64,000 nucleotides of DNA from Nanobdellota archaeon (lineage in GTDB: Archaea > Nanobdellota > Nanobdellia > Woesearchaeales > GW2011-AR4), in assembly GCA_038046385.1 (NCBI GenBank), contig JBBSWH010000011.1:32001-96000 (forward strand). The letters are read 5' to 3'. The notes below the pieces were generated by a model. That model saw only the letters and a list, made by a program, of their open reading frames with translations, searched no databases and was not told the DNA's origin. Every line of letters begins with the position of its first letter. Positions within the stretch are counted from its first letter, which is position 1. Shown one piece after another: positions 1 to 9,822 of the stretch. A program made the translations under genes and the position numbers.

Positions 1-29
1 GAAGGGCATTTGACATTAAAGATATTGAT

Positions 30-791
30 ATGGCTAAAAAAGCGCATTCTCCGGAGCTTATAAAAAAACAGATGCAGGAAAACGAGCAGCATGTCTCGAC
101 AGGCCAGTATCTTGGAGAATTTGTCTATGGCGCAATAGACGGCACTATAACAACTTTTGCAGTTGTTGCTGGCGCAGAAGGCGCATCTTTGAATCCGGGC
201 ATTGTTGTAGTTCTGGGATTTGCAAACCTGCTTGCAGACGGCTTTTCAATGGCATCGGGAAATTTTCTTAGCGAAAGGACACAAAGGGATTTCATAGAAA
301 AAGAAAGAAAAAGGGAAGAATGGGAAATAGAGCATGTTCCAGAAGGGGAAACACAGGAAATAAAGGAAATATTTCTAAGGAAAGGATTTAAGGGAAAAGA
401 TCTTGAAAATGCAGTTAAAATCATCACTTCAAACAAAAAAGTGTGGGTCGACACAATGATGGCGGACGAACTTGGTCTCCTTGAAAGTAAGAAAAGTCCA
501 TGGAGGACATCTTTAGCAACATATTTCGGATTTTTATTAATTGGAGTAATACCCTTGCTTGCATATGTTCTTGCTTATTTTTTTGATTTTTTCAGTCAAA
601 ACACATTCCCCATTGCAGTTGTTATGACATTCATGGCTTTGTTTGTGATAGGCGTCATAAAAAGGTACGTCACCAAAAGCAGCCTGTGGAAATCAGCAAT
701 AGAAACGGTCCTTATCGGAGGATTGGCTGCAGCAATAGCTTACTATGTCGGATTCTTTTTGGCATGGGTCGCAGGCCTTGGCGGAATATAG
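30..791 (+). CDS. VIT1/CCC1 family Fe/Mn transporter
   Basis: VYGAIDGTITTFAVVAG, LLADGFSMASGNFLS and an acidic cytoplasmic metal-binding segment. Confidence 0.92.
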   Translation: MAKKAHSPELIKKQMQENEQHVSTGQYLGEFVYGAIDGTITTFAVVAGAEGASLNPGIVVVLGFANLLADGFSMASGNFLSERTQRDFIEKERKREEWEIEHVPEGETQEIKEIFLRKGFKGKDLENAVKIITSNKKVWVDTMMADELGLLESKKSPWRTSLATYFGFLLIGVIPLLAYVLAYFFDFFSQNTFPIAVVMTFMALFVIGVIKRYVTKSSLWKSAIETVLIGGLAAAIAYYVGFFLAWVAGLGGI

Positions 792-886
792 TCAAATAAG
801 CCTTGGTGAACAAAAAAGAACATTTTTTAGGTCCCTTTTTAAAAATAAGATTTATTAATCAGATTGTTTTCACGGTAGATTATATA

Positions 887-1016
887 TTAAAAACCACATA
901 TCTATAGGTTTAGCATGAAGCGAAGCTTATATTAGAGCCAAATAAAAGTGGTTTTTAAGATGCTCGAAAATATATTATGTATATTCGCATAAAATAGTAT
1001 ATTTTCGACATATAAA
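887..1016. repeat. Double-hairpin intergenic element (family C)
   Basis: TTAAAAACCAC/GTGGTTTTTAA inverted repeat, then ATGCTCGAAAATATA...TATATTTTCGACATAT; related to 11379-11445. Confidence 0.55.
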
Positions 1017-1038
1017 ATCTAATGATTGAGGTGGTAAA

Positions 1039-1509
1039 ATGAGAAAATTAATTTTATTTTTGGTTTTTATTTTATTAATTGTAAGCGCGTGCTCAAAACA
1101 AAATCCTGAAAGCCTTGTTGGACAGGGATCAAATGTAGAGCAGGATAATCAAAACCAAGTTCAAAATGAAATGCCTGTTCCGGGAACCGATGTGCAGGAA
1201 ACAGAAGTTACAGTGCAGCCCTCAGGTGAAGCAGAAGTAAAAGAGTTCAGGATTGCAGCAAAACAGTTTGCATTTGATCCTGCAACAATTGAAGTCAACA
1301 AAGGCGACAAGGTAAGGCTTATTGTTGAAAGTGTTGACGTCCCTCATGGAATTGCACTTCCGGATTATGGAATCAAAGAAAGGCTTGACCCAGGCCAGCC
1401 AAAGACAATAGAATTTGTTGCTGACAAGGAAGGCATATTTACATTTTATTGCTCTGTCGCATGCGGCGCAGGCCACCGCGAAATGAAAGGCACACTCACA
1501 GTGAATTAA
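1039..1509 (+). CDS. Cupredoxin (CuA-type) lipoprotein
   Basis: Signal peptide with SAC lipobox; His in HGI plus CSVACGAGHREM (C-x3-C-x3-H-x2-M). Confidence 0.88.
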   Translation: MRKLILFLVFILLIVSACSKQNPESLVGQGSNVEQDNQNQVQNEMPVPGTDVQETEVTVQPSGEAEVKEFRIAAKQFAFDPATIEVNKGDKVRLIVESVDVPHGIALPDYGIKERLDPGQPKTIEFVADKEGIFTFYCSVACGAGHREMKGTLTVN

Positions 1510-1551
1510 TAATAGTTGGATTAACAAATAAATCTTCAAAAGAGAAAACAA

Positions 1552-2151
1552 ATGAAAAAATATGCTATTTTTGCTGCAATATTTTTAATTTTGGCTATTC
1601 TATTCTCAATATTTCTATTGAAAAAACCAAGCGCTGTAGGAAACCAATTAATAATAAGTGAAATAACCAATATTGAGGAGCTAAGTGTACCGGATGAAGA
1701 TGGAAACAGCAAAATCACTTTAAGCGATTTGGACAATCTGGAAATCCTCGTAAAAGGAGACAAAATAGCCGAGGAGTATTTTGAAGAACTCAGATGGATT
1801 GTAGATCACAATGGAAGCCAGCATATTCTTCACAGCACATCTTTTATGAGAGAATATATTAATACTGGCAAAGAAACATCATGTCTTCCGCATGAACTAT
1901 GGCATCTTTCTTTGTTTATCAGGCACGGAGACATAGCCTATGCAGAAGAGCATTTCCACCAATTAGATGATGAATATGAAGAATGGGCTGAAAGCGTCGA
2001 AGCAAAAAGAGAGGCATACCCTCAATATTACAAAAGCTTTGACGAGCTCAAGAAAATGAGCAAAGATTCAATAGAAAATCTTAAGAAAAAGGACTACAGC
2101 AACAAAACTCTGGATCAGCTTGAGCTTATAGGCACAATTGGACTATGTTGA
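1552..2151 (+). CDS. Membrane-anchored hypothetical protein
   Basis: N-terminal TM helix, His-rich segment (CLPHELWH), ends in Cys. Confidence 0.7.
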   Translation: MKKYAIFAAIFLILAILFSIFLLKKPSAVGNQLIISEITNIEELSVPDEDGNSKITLSDLDNLEILVKGDKIAEEYFEELRWIVDHNGSQHILHSTSFMREYINTGKETSCLPHELWHLSLFIRHGDIAYAEEHFHQLDDEYEEWAESVEAKREAYPQYYKSFDELKKMSKDSIENLKKKDYSNKTLDQLELIGTIGLC

Positions 2152-2166
2152 TTAATTTTAATTAAA

Positions 2167-3135
2167 ATGAAAAAACTGAATATTGTATTGATTGCAACGG
2201 CATTGTTTTTGATTCCAATCGTATTTTCCCAGTCTGGCCTTGAAAAAATACAGCAGTACAACCAGCAGCAGGCTGTCTTTTATCTGCAAAACCTCACATT
2301 TTTTGTTGCATTTCTCGGCGGGATGATAAGCGTCCTGCTTCCGTGCACTCTTGCCATTCTGCCTGCATTCTTCGCCTATACTTTCAAAGAAAAAAAAGAA
2401 ATCACAAAAATGACTCTTGTATTTTTTGCAGGCTTCTCGCTTATTTTTGTCATTCTTGGAATTGCTGCTTCTGTTCTCGGCCAGTCGCTTGCAACACTTC
2501 AGGTTGCGGACACAAAAGCGCTTGTATTTATCGGAGGAATTTTTCTTATCATATTTGGCATAATGACCGGACTCGGGCTTGGATTTAATTTCATAAAAAT
2601 AAACAAAAACACAAGCCACGATATTTTCGGAACATTTACTTTTGGGATATTCTTCGGGCTCGGATGGAGCGCCTGCCTTGGGCCGGTGCTTGCAGGGATA
2701 CTTCTTATCGCAGCGACATTCCAGAATTATGTTTATGCAGGACTTCTTCTGTTTGCATATTCATTGGGATTGTTTGTTCCGCTGTTTATAATTTCTATAC
2801 TGTTTGACAAATATAACCTAACGCAGAAGCCGTTCATCAGGGGAAAAGAATTTGAAATTAAAATATTAGGGAAAACATTTTTCATCCACACAACAAAAAT
2901 AATAGCAGGATTATTGCTTATCGGAACAGGAATAGTATTTATAATATACAACGGCACAAATGTAATAAACTCAGCAGATCCTTTAAGGACATCAGTTTAC
3001 GCTTATGCAATTGAAGGCAAAATATTTAACTTGCCTTTTATTGATTTTATAGGGCTGCTTGCCTTGTTTTTGTTTGTTGCTTTAGTGTGGTATTTTTTAC
3101 ATAAACAAAAGGTCCAAAAAGAAAAGGAAGAATAA
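2167..3135 (+). CDS. ccdA: CcdA/DsbD-family transmembrane electron transporter
   Basis: SVLLPCTLAILP and GWSACLGPVL Cys motifs; multiple TM helices. Confidence 0.88.
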   Translation: MKKLNIVLIATALFLIPIVFSQSGLEKIQQYNQQQAVFYLQNLTFFVAFLGGMISVLLPCTLAILPAFFAYTFKEKKEITKMTLVFFAGFSLIFVILGIAASVLGQSLATLQVADTKALVFIGGIFLIIFGIMTGLGLGFNFIKINKNTSHDIFGTFTFGIFFGLGWSACLGPVLAGILLIAATFQNYVYAGLLLFAYSLGLFVPLFIISILFDKYNLTQKPFIRGKEFEIKILGKTFFIHTTKIIAGLLLIGTGIVFIIYNGTNVINSADPLRTSVYAYAIEGKIFNLPFIDFIGLLALFLFVALVWYFLHKQKVQKEKEE

Positions 3136-3247
3136 GCCCCTGTGAACGCAAATGAACACATTTAAGCTGTAATTTGCCGAAAAAATGCCAACTAACCAAA
3201 AGTTTTTTAGGTAAACTATATATTAATGCTCAATAATCAGCAATAAA

Positions 3248-4228
3248 ATGGAAAAAAACAACGAAATTTTGGAAAAGGCAACAATGGCTTTAATGGTGCT
3301 TGTAAGCGCAATACTCACTTACACAACCTATCAGCATGCAAAAATCTCCGGCTTCAGCTACTTAACAGTAATCTCGCTTGTTTTCATACTTGCACTTATT
3401 GGGCTCGTTATATGGCTCCTTATTGACAAAACAGATTTTGATTCAAAATTACCACAAGAAAAAGTACACGAAAAGCCAAAACCACTGACTCAAATAGAAA
3501 AAATTACTTATGGGTTCGTAGTTTTTGTCGCGCTGTTGATCGTTTTCAACCAGATGCAATTATCACAGGCATCAGCCCTTCTTGGAGTCAAAAGCCCGCT
3601 TGCGTTCAAAACATCATCTTCTAAAGTCAAGCTTCAGCTGACAGGTGATCCTGTGAAGGATGCAATAGCAGTTATGATACCTACAGGAACTCCTTTTTAC
3701 GGAGACCAATTAGGAGTTTCGTTTGACGATCCTATAAAAAGCCTCACCATAATCGCAAACCTTGATCCTTCATATGGGAGAAACAAGCTTCAGTTAACTT
3801 CAACAGAAAAGGACAGGTACATCAAAATACTCACAACACCGACAATGGGATGCGAATACTGCTGCAGCGTTAATACAGCTGTTACAAAAGACGGAAGGCC
3901 AACCTGCGGATGCCAGCATTCGTGGGCAATGAGGGGATTGACAGCATATCTTATAAAAAATTATCCCGATATGACGGATCAGCAAATAATGCGGGAAGTC
4001 GCTAAATGGAAGGCATTGTTCTTCCCGAAGCAGATGGTGCAGAAATACATAGCAGAAACGCAATCAGGCCAATTTACTGCAGACATCGCATCCATTTTGC
4101 TTGATGTTGACGAAAGCAAGCTCAAGGAAATGAAAACTACAGTTGCTTCATCAGGAGATCAAAATTCAGCAGGCAATGGTGCACCTTCAAGCCTTGATAA
4201 CTTACCGGGAATGGTGGGTGGCTGCTGA
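3248..4228 (+). CDS. Membrane protein with Cys-rich domain and MVGGC tail
   Basis: Three TM helices, CEYCC, CGCQH, C-terminus PSSLDNLPGMVGGC. Confidence 0.8.
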   Translation: MEKNNEILEKATMALMVLVSAILTYTTYQHAKISGFSYLTVISLVFILALIGLVIWLLIDKTDFDSKLPQEKVHEKPKPLTQIEKITYGFVVFVALLIVFNQMQLSQASALLGVKSPLAFKTSSSKVKLQLTGDPVKDAIAVMIPTGTPFYGDQLGVSFDDPIKSLTIIANLDPSYGRNKLQLTSTEKDRYIKILTTPTMGCEYCCSVNTAVTKDGRPTCGCQHSWAMRGLTAYLIKNYPDMTDQQIMREVAKWKALFFPKQMVQKYIAETQSGQFTADIASILLDVDESKLKEMKTTVASSGDQNSAGNGAPSSLDNLPGMVGGC

Positions 4229-4279
4229 TATTATCAAAATATTTATATAAACTAAAAATTAAATAAAGGAGGACTTAAA

Positions 4280-4483
4280 ATGAACAGAAACATGGTTATT
4301 ATTATTGTACTAGCTGTTTTAGTGCTGTTGACAGCAGTGCAGGCCGTTCAACTAAACAGCCTTAAATCAAGCATAAGCAGCGGAAAAATAAGCGTGGCAA
4401 ACGCACCGTCAGCTTCATCAGGCTCAGGGGCAGAAGTGCCTTCAAGCCTTGACAACTTACCGGGAATGGTAGGCGGCTGTTGA
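4280..4483 (+). CDS. Small membrane-anchored peptide with MVGGC tail
   Basis: AGGAGG SD, TM helix, Ser/Ala linker, same 14-aa tail as the upstream gene. Confidence 0.8.
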   Translation: MNRNMVIIIVLAVLVLLTAVQAVQLNSLKSSISSGKISVANAPSASSGSGAEVPSSLDNLPGMVGGC

Positions 4484-4504
4484 TTATCATAAAGGGGGAA
4501 GAAA

Positions 4505-4705
4505 ATGAATAAAACAATATTGTTTTTAGTTTTAATTGTAGGCGTATTGTTGGTTGGATGCAGCCAGCAGCAGGATTACTCGGCTTACAACCAGCCGCAG
4601 GGACAGCAGCAGCAATATGTCGGCGGCGGGTGCGGGGTAGCTCCACAGGCTGATTATGAGGCAACTCCGGTTGGAGCTTTTGACTCATTAAACCCACAAT
4701 TGTAA
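4505..4705 (+). CDS. Small lipoprotein with VGGGCG motif
   Basis: LLVGC lipobox; operon-like spacing. Confidence 0.7.
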   Translation: MNKTILFLVLIVGVLLVGCSQQQDYSAYNQPQGQQQQYVGGGCGVAPQADYEATPVGAFDSLNPQL

Positions 4706-4706
4706 A

Positions 4707-5144
4707 ATGAATTTAAGCAAAAGGGAAAAGCGGAAGCTTAGGCAGCAGAATATAAACCCTGCAGAAGCAGTTCAGGAAGCCAAGCCGTCTTTTCACGCTG
4801 AGCCGAAGAAAAGCAGGCTGAAAATTTATTTGTCTGTGCTTGCTGGCCTTATCGTGCTTGCAATAGCTTATTCAGTTTATTCAATGGCCCAGCCGGGCCC
4901 TTATGACAATTTTGCGAAATGCCTTACAGAAAAAGGAGCTGTCGTTTACGGCGCAATGGACTGGTGCAAATACACTCAGGGGCAAAAAGCAATGTTTGGA
5001 AAATCATTCAAGTACCTGAAATATGAAGAGTTTCAGGCACTGCCGGGCATAAAACAAACCCCGACATGGGTAATAAAAGGAGTCTGGTATGAAAATGTAC
5101 AGTCTTTCGACAGATTATCATCAATAACCGGATGCAGGGTGTGA
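4707..5144 (+). CDS. Membrane-anchored thioredoxin-like protein (CxxT)
   Basis: FAKCLTEKGAVVYGAMDWCKYT and the cis-Pro loop TPTW. Confidence 0.75.
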   Translation: MNLSKREKRKLRQQNINPAEAVQEAKPSFHAEPKKSRLKIYLSVLAGLIVLAIAYSVYSMAQPGPYDNFAKCLTEKGAVVYGAMDWCKYTQGQKAMFGKSFKYLKYEEFQALPGIKQTPTWVIKGVWYENVQSFDRLSSITGCRV

Positions 5145-5151
5145 AACTAAA

Positions 5152-6309
5152 ATGGAACAAAAAAAAGAACATAGCCATCAAAAAACAAACACAAAAAGCC
5201 AGAATCTATACCTGATATTTGTGGGTCTTTCAGTTTTGCTTGCAGTAATCCTTCTTGTCAATGTTGTAATGACATACAATCTAAACAGCAGCATCAAAAA
5301 AAATCAGCAGGATGCGATTGAAAAATTAAGACCAGCCAAAATCGAAACAATAGAGCTTTCAGATTCAAGATGCACAGACTGCTTTGACATATCGCTTGTT
5401 ACAGGCGCTTTAAAGGAAACAAATGTCAATATTACCTCAGAAAAAAAGATTTTGTCAAGCTCAAAGGAAGGCAAGGAGCTTATTGCAAAATACAGCATAG
5501 AAAAGCTGCCTGCATTGGTGGTGCAGGGCGAGATAAGCAAAGTCACTGTTGAAATTTTTGACCTAAAAGACGATGCTCTTGTTTTTGCGCAGCCTGCCGC
5601 ACCTTATGTTAATGTTTCAAGCAATAACATTGTCGGAAGAGTCACTTTATACCACCTTAAAGACGCTTCCTGCGAAAAATGCGGCGATCTTTCATTCATG
5701 ATAAACGAGATAAAAGGAACCGGCGTTAAGATAACATCGGAGAAAAATATTGACATCTCTAGCGCAGAAGGAAAATCCTTAATCAGCAAGTACAGGATTG
5801 CATTTGCGCCTTCAATAGTGCTTTCAAAAGATGCTGATGCATACACAATAATGAAGCAGGCATGGCCTCAGATCGGAACAAAAGAAGCTGATGGCGCTTA
5901 TGTAATGAGAACACCTTATCCGCCGATAAAAAATCTTACAACCGGAAAAGTAATGGGAGTTGTAAAACTAATTTATCTTGCAGACAAAAGCTGCACAGAA
6001 TGCTACGACGTCAACACTCACAAGGTTATACTTACAAGCCCGCAGAGCTTTGCATTAAAAATTGATTCAGAAGAGACTTATGACATAAGCGATGCAAAAG
6101 GAAAAGCCCTGCTTTCAAAGTATAATATCACCCAAGTGCCGACAGTAATCTTGTCAAGCGATGTAAATGTTTATCCATCAAGCGCAGCGCTTAAGCAGTT
6201 TTTCTCCTCTGAAAAAGACGGCTCATTTGTTTTCAGAAAACTAAGCGCAGTAGGCGCTTACAAGGATTTGGCGAGCGGACAGATAGTGGCTCAGCAGCAA
6301 GCCCAATAA
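5152..6309 (+). CDS. Membrane-anchored protein with three thioredoxin-like CxxC repeats
   Basis: CTDC, CEKC, CTEC, each followed by 'GK.LI.KY.I...P'. Confidence 0.8.
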   Translation: MEQKKEHSHQKTNTKSQNLYLIFVGLSVLLAVILLVNVVMTYNLNSSIKKNQQDAIEKLRPAKIETIELSDSRCTDCFDISLVTGALKETNVNITSEKKILSSSKEGKELIAKYSIEKLPALVVQGEISKVTVEIFDLKDDALVFAQPAAPYVNVSSNNIVGRVTLYHLKDASCEKCGDLSFMINEIKGTGVKITSEKNIDISSAEGKSLISKYRIAFAPSIVLSKDADAYTIMKQAWPQIGTKEADGAYVMRTPYPPIKNLTTGKVMGVVKLIYLADKSCTECYDVNTHKVILTSPQSFALKIDSEETYDISDAKGKALLSKYNITQVPTVILSSDVNVYPSSAALKQFFSSEKDGSFVFRKLSAVGAYKDLASGQIVAQQQAQ

Positions 6310-6363
6310 TAATATTTTTTTATTTTTAACATTATTTTTTTAATGCAGTATACTAAATAAAAA

Positions 6364-6939
6364 ATGGGAAAAAAAGACATTGCCTTGTATTCTGTGATTT
6401 TTGTTTTGGCCATAATTGTGATGTGGCAGTGGGTTTCAAGCAGTTCAGTTATCAGCAAAATGAATTCGCAGATAACAGAAATGAACAAGGATATAGTTGA
6501 TTTCCGCCTCATGAGCGGCATTGGAGCATTGCGATCAACGCACGAGCATGCTGACATAAAAGTATACATAAACGGGCAGGCAATTGATTTTTCACAGCCA
6601 GAATACCAGCTTGCTGCAAGATATGTTCATTTTGAAGAAGGAGTAGGGGATGTTATCCATATACACGCAACAGGCATTACTCTTGGCCAGCTTTTTAATT
6701 CTCTCGGAATGGATTTTAATCAAAATTGCTTTGTTTATGAGTCTGTTTCATACTGCACAGGCAAGGACAAGACGCTGAAGTTTTACGTCAACGGAAAGCC
6801 AAGCGCAGAATTTAACAATAAACTGATAAAAGATTTTGACAAATACCTCATTTCTTACGGCAACGAAAACGATGCAGAAATCCAGAAGCAGCTTGCGTCA
6901 ATAACAAACCTTGCGCCGGAATTGAGCGCTAAAGGCTGA
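6364..6939 (+). CDS. Membrane-anchored His-rich putative metal-binding protein
   Basis: HEHAD, VHFE, IHIH motifs after an N-terminal TM helix. Confidence 0.7.
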   Translation: MGKKDIALYSVIFVLAIIVMWQWVSSSSVISKMNSQITEMNKDIVDFRLMSGIGALRSTHEHADIKVYINGQAIDFSQPEYQLAARYVHFEEGVGDVIHIHATGITLGQLFNSLGMDFNQNCFVYESVSYCTGKDKTLKFYVNGKPSAEFNNKLIKDFDKYLISYGNENDAEIQKQLASITNLAPELSAKG

Positions 6940-7010
6940 TTATTCTTCGTAAAAACTCCTGATTATTTTGCCATCAAAATGTAAGGCTCTTGTTCTTTTC
7001 ATTGAGATAG

Positions 7011-7451
7011 TTAAGACTTTTTTGATGTATTTTTAGTCAAAGTAACTGTGATAGTTTTATGGGTCACCCAATAGATAAAATAGATAATTCCCCCTATCAT
7101 TGCAGTAAACATAAACCAAAAAAGAAACGCCGGTATGTGGAACTTTCTACTCTTACTTAAAACTAAGTATCCCTTAGAATCAGAAACAACGTTATAACCT
7201 GCACTTAGGTAATCTTTTGGATTTTTAAGAGATTGATTTTGTTGATCTTCTTTTTTTTCTTTTTTGTAAATCAGATATCTAAGAAACACGCCAAAAATAA
7301 ACAACAAACCAAAAAAAATATCTAAACCTTCGTTTTCAGCTTTTGAGCCTAAAATTAAACTTAACCCCACCATACCAGGGATAAAGGAAATCCCAATAAA
7401 TTTCCATTCTAATTTTGTAAGCTTCAAATTATTTACATTAGCTATTGTCAC
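7011..7451 (-). CDS. Hypothetical membrane protein
   Basis: Three hydrophobic segments; more AT-rich than neighbours. Confidence 0.55.
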   Translation of the reverse strand: MTIANVNNLKLTKLEWKFIGISFIPGMVGLSLILGSKAENEGLDIFFGLLFIFGVFLRYLIYKKEKKEDQQNQSLKNPKDYLSAGYNVVSDSKGYLVLSKSRKFHIPAFLFWFMFTAMIGGIIYFIYWVTHKTITVTLTKNTSKKS

Positions 7452-7604
7452 AGTATATCTCTATTTTAACCCAATTTAAATAATTTTCTCTCAATTTATT
7501 AACTGATAGAATTAGTATTCAAAAAAACATAACCTTTAAATACTTCTTGAGTAATGTAAAATATATTCTCAAGGATATATGTGGTATAACTAGGGGGTTA
7601 AATA

Positions 7605-7874
7605 ATGCCGAACAAGGAAATATTCAATGTACTTTTTCGCGAGAAGCCAGCAATGATGCTCGTCGAGATAAAGAACGCAAAAGGCGAGATATATGCTTCC
7701 TCAGTAGCCAAATTGGTTGACTGCACTTATTCGCACGTTGTTAAGATTCTTCAGGAAATGCAGAAAGCAGGGCTTGTTAATTTTGAGAAACAGGGAAGGT
7801 TAAAACTTCTTACATTGACAAAAACTGGCCAGGAAGTCTCAGAAAAGATTGACGGAATAAGAGTTGCGCTGTAA
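7605..7874 (+). CDS. Winged-helix (MarR/ArsR-like) DNA-binding protein
   Basis: TYSHVVKILQEMQKAGLVNFEKQGR...LTLT wHTH; upstream TATA CCTTTAAATA. Confidence 0.85.
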   Translation: MPNKEIFNVLFREKPAMMLVEIKNAKGEIYASSVAKLVDCTYSHVVKILQEMQKAGLVNFEKQGRLKLLTLTKTGQEVSEKIDGIRVAL

Positions 7875-7879
7875 ACAAA

Positions 7880-8293
7880 ATGAAAGATATTTTTGGAAAT
7901 ACAATAAAAACTGATATTTTTGGTAATAAACCCCCTAGACCTACTGCTTCTTGCCCTAAAACTATTCGTGACCAATTAAGAGTCAAATGGTGGAAAGGAA
8001 ACTATGGGGGAACTTGTTTTTGTTGCGGAAGAAAACTAAGTTGGGAACATCACGAAGCTGGTCGTATAAAAGCCGGTGGAAGATATACTGTCCCCAATAC
8101 TCGTCTAATTTGTAAAACTTGCAATAGGGGTATGGGTAAACAAAATTTAAAAATTTATATGAAGAGAAATTTTTTAGATAGATACAACAAATATTTTCCA
8201 AAAACAGAAAAATCAAAAAAGTCCATAAGGAAAAAAATAAAAAAGAACGAGAACCAATGGGGAATAAAACCAATAAACTTACCAAAATTCTAA
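7880..8293 (+). CDS. HNH-like endonuclease domain protein
   Basis: CFCC...EAG.I..GG...N.RLICKTCN zinc-binding HNH pattern. Confidence 0.7.
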   Translation: MKDIFGNTIKTDIFGNKPPRPTASCPKTIRDQLRVKWWKGNYGGTCFCCGRKLSWEHHEAGRIKAGGRYTVPNTRLICKTCNRGMGKQNLKIYMKRNFLDRYNKYFPKTEKSKKSIRKKIKKNENQWGIKPINLPKF

Positions 8294-8304
8294 TTTAGAT
8301 ATCC

Positions 8305-9768
8305 TTATTTTATCTTCTCTTCTATAACAAACTTCCCAAGAACTTCCTTTGCGTTTGCTATAAAAAACTCTTCATGCTTTGTAGGGATAATTGCGCCAGC
8401 AGCATTCTGATGCCCTCCGGCTTCTGATTCATTGATATCTTTTATGATTTCCCCTATTATCAGCTTTAAATCAAGAGTTCCTTCAACATTATTTGTTGTT
8501 CTTAATGAAATCTTAGTATTATCCCCCTCTGCTTGCGCCATTGAAAGAATGAATGTGCTGCCAGTCATACCATTTGATTTGGAAAGGATTGAAGCAAGCG
8601 TGCCTATCATTGTTGACATTATTTGATTCTTTGCATTTATTATTACAAAATTGTTTCCCCAATGGACATCATCGCCGTGCTTGTTATCATTGTACCATCT
8701 TAATGCATTTACAATCTCTTTTTTATAATCACCAAGGCTTCTTATTGCCTGCTGCTTTATTTTCTTGTCACCCAAACAGGCGCCAATTCCGAATGAAGCT
8801 CTTCCAAGCCTCCCGCATGCATTAAGCAAGGTTGCAAACTCTTTTGCGTCCCTTGTTGGGCTTTCTTCATCTTCGTGCGGCAAGATATACACATTGCCAA
8901 GCACATCGTCCGGTTTTGTCTCACCCAATCTTTTCATGATAACTCCTGTAATCAGTTTTTTCATGTCAGAATCGTCTAAATGAACTATTTTTTTCCACCC
9001 TGACCCGTTTTTAGGGTCTATCCCGATTTCAGACAAAAATTGTATTGCTCCGCTTTCTGACCCAGAAACACCGGGAATGTAAGGATCTGTGCAGTATTCC
9101 AAAACTTTATGCAGCGGTTTTGTCTGTGCTCCAAAAATTCTCAAGCCCCGTGTAACTTGTATTTTTTTTCTTTCAACAGCTATTTTTAGAATTTCATTAT
9201 TTAACCTTAAAAATCCGTTTTTTTCCTGCATGTCTCCGTGGGCTCCAATTATTGCAATGTGGGCAAAATCTTCCATGCTCTTGTCAACAGCGCACGCAAA
9301 CCTGAACACAACACCTGCTCCGCTTATCTCTTTTCCGCCATCAATCCCGAAAAGATGGGGGTTTACAAAAACAATGTTGCCAAAATCATTTGTTTCGATG
9401 CTGTGATGATCAAGAACAAACACTTTCTTGTTTGAGAGAATCTTATTAATCTCTTTTATTACGCCTGAGCCAAGATCAGTAAATATTATGTAATTATATT
9501 GCTCTTTTGCCAATTGTTCAAGAAGAACATCATTAACTTGCTGCACTGTTGAAACAGAATACTTCCTGTTTTCTATGTTTAGAAGCCTCAGCATTATAGA
9601 ACATGCGCTTATACCATCTGCATCAAGATGGCTGATAACTCTTATAATCTCATTTTTATCAATAGCCTTGAAGGCTTCAGCAGCCTTTCTTAAACTTTCA
9701 TCAAATTGTTCATAAGGATCCAATAAAAACACCTTCTCTGTCAATAATAGCAGAATTGATTTTTGCAA
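8305..9768 (-). CDS. recJ: RecJ/GAN-like DHH-DHHA1 nuclease
   Basis: HLDADG, TDLGSG, DHH and GGH motifs; exact start uncertain. Confidence 0.9.
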   Translation of the reverse strand: MQKSILLLLTEKVFLLDPYEQFDESLRKAAEAFKAIDKNEIIRVISHLDADGISACSIMLRLLNIENRKYSVSTVQQVNDVLLEQLAKEQYNYIIFTDLGSGVIKEINKILSNKKVFVLDHHSIETNDFGNIVFVNPHLFGIDGGKEISGAGVVFRFACAVDKSMEDFAHIAIIGAHGDMQEKNGFLRLNNEILKIAVERKKIQVTRGLRIFGAQTKPLHKVLEYCTDPYIPGVSGSESGAIQFLSEIGIDPKNGSGWKKIVHLDDSDMKKLITGVIMKRLGETKPDDVLGNVYILPHEDEESPTRDAKEFATLLNACGRLGRASFGIGACLGDKKIKQQAIRSLGDYKKEIVNALRWYNDNKHGDDVHWGNNFVIINAKNQIMSTMIGTLASILSKSNGMTGSTFILSMAQAEGDNTKISLRTTNNVEGTLDLKLIIGEIIKDINESEAGGHQNAAGAIIPTKHEEFFIANAKEVLGKFVIEEKIK

Positions 9769-9822
9769 TCAATCTTCCTTTTTAATTCTTTGTTTTATAA
9801 ATATGAAATGGTTTAGCAATTG

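Noticed and set aside
4223-4492. Selenocysteine read-through (Cys-TGA) after both MVGGC tails
   Set aside because: Read-through peptides differ (YYQ... versus LS*), no SECIS-like element is evident and no Sec machinery is in the window.
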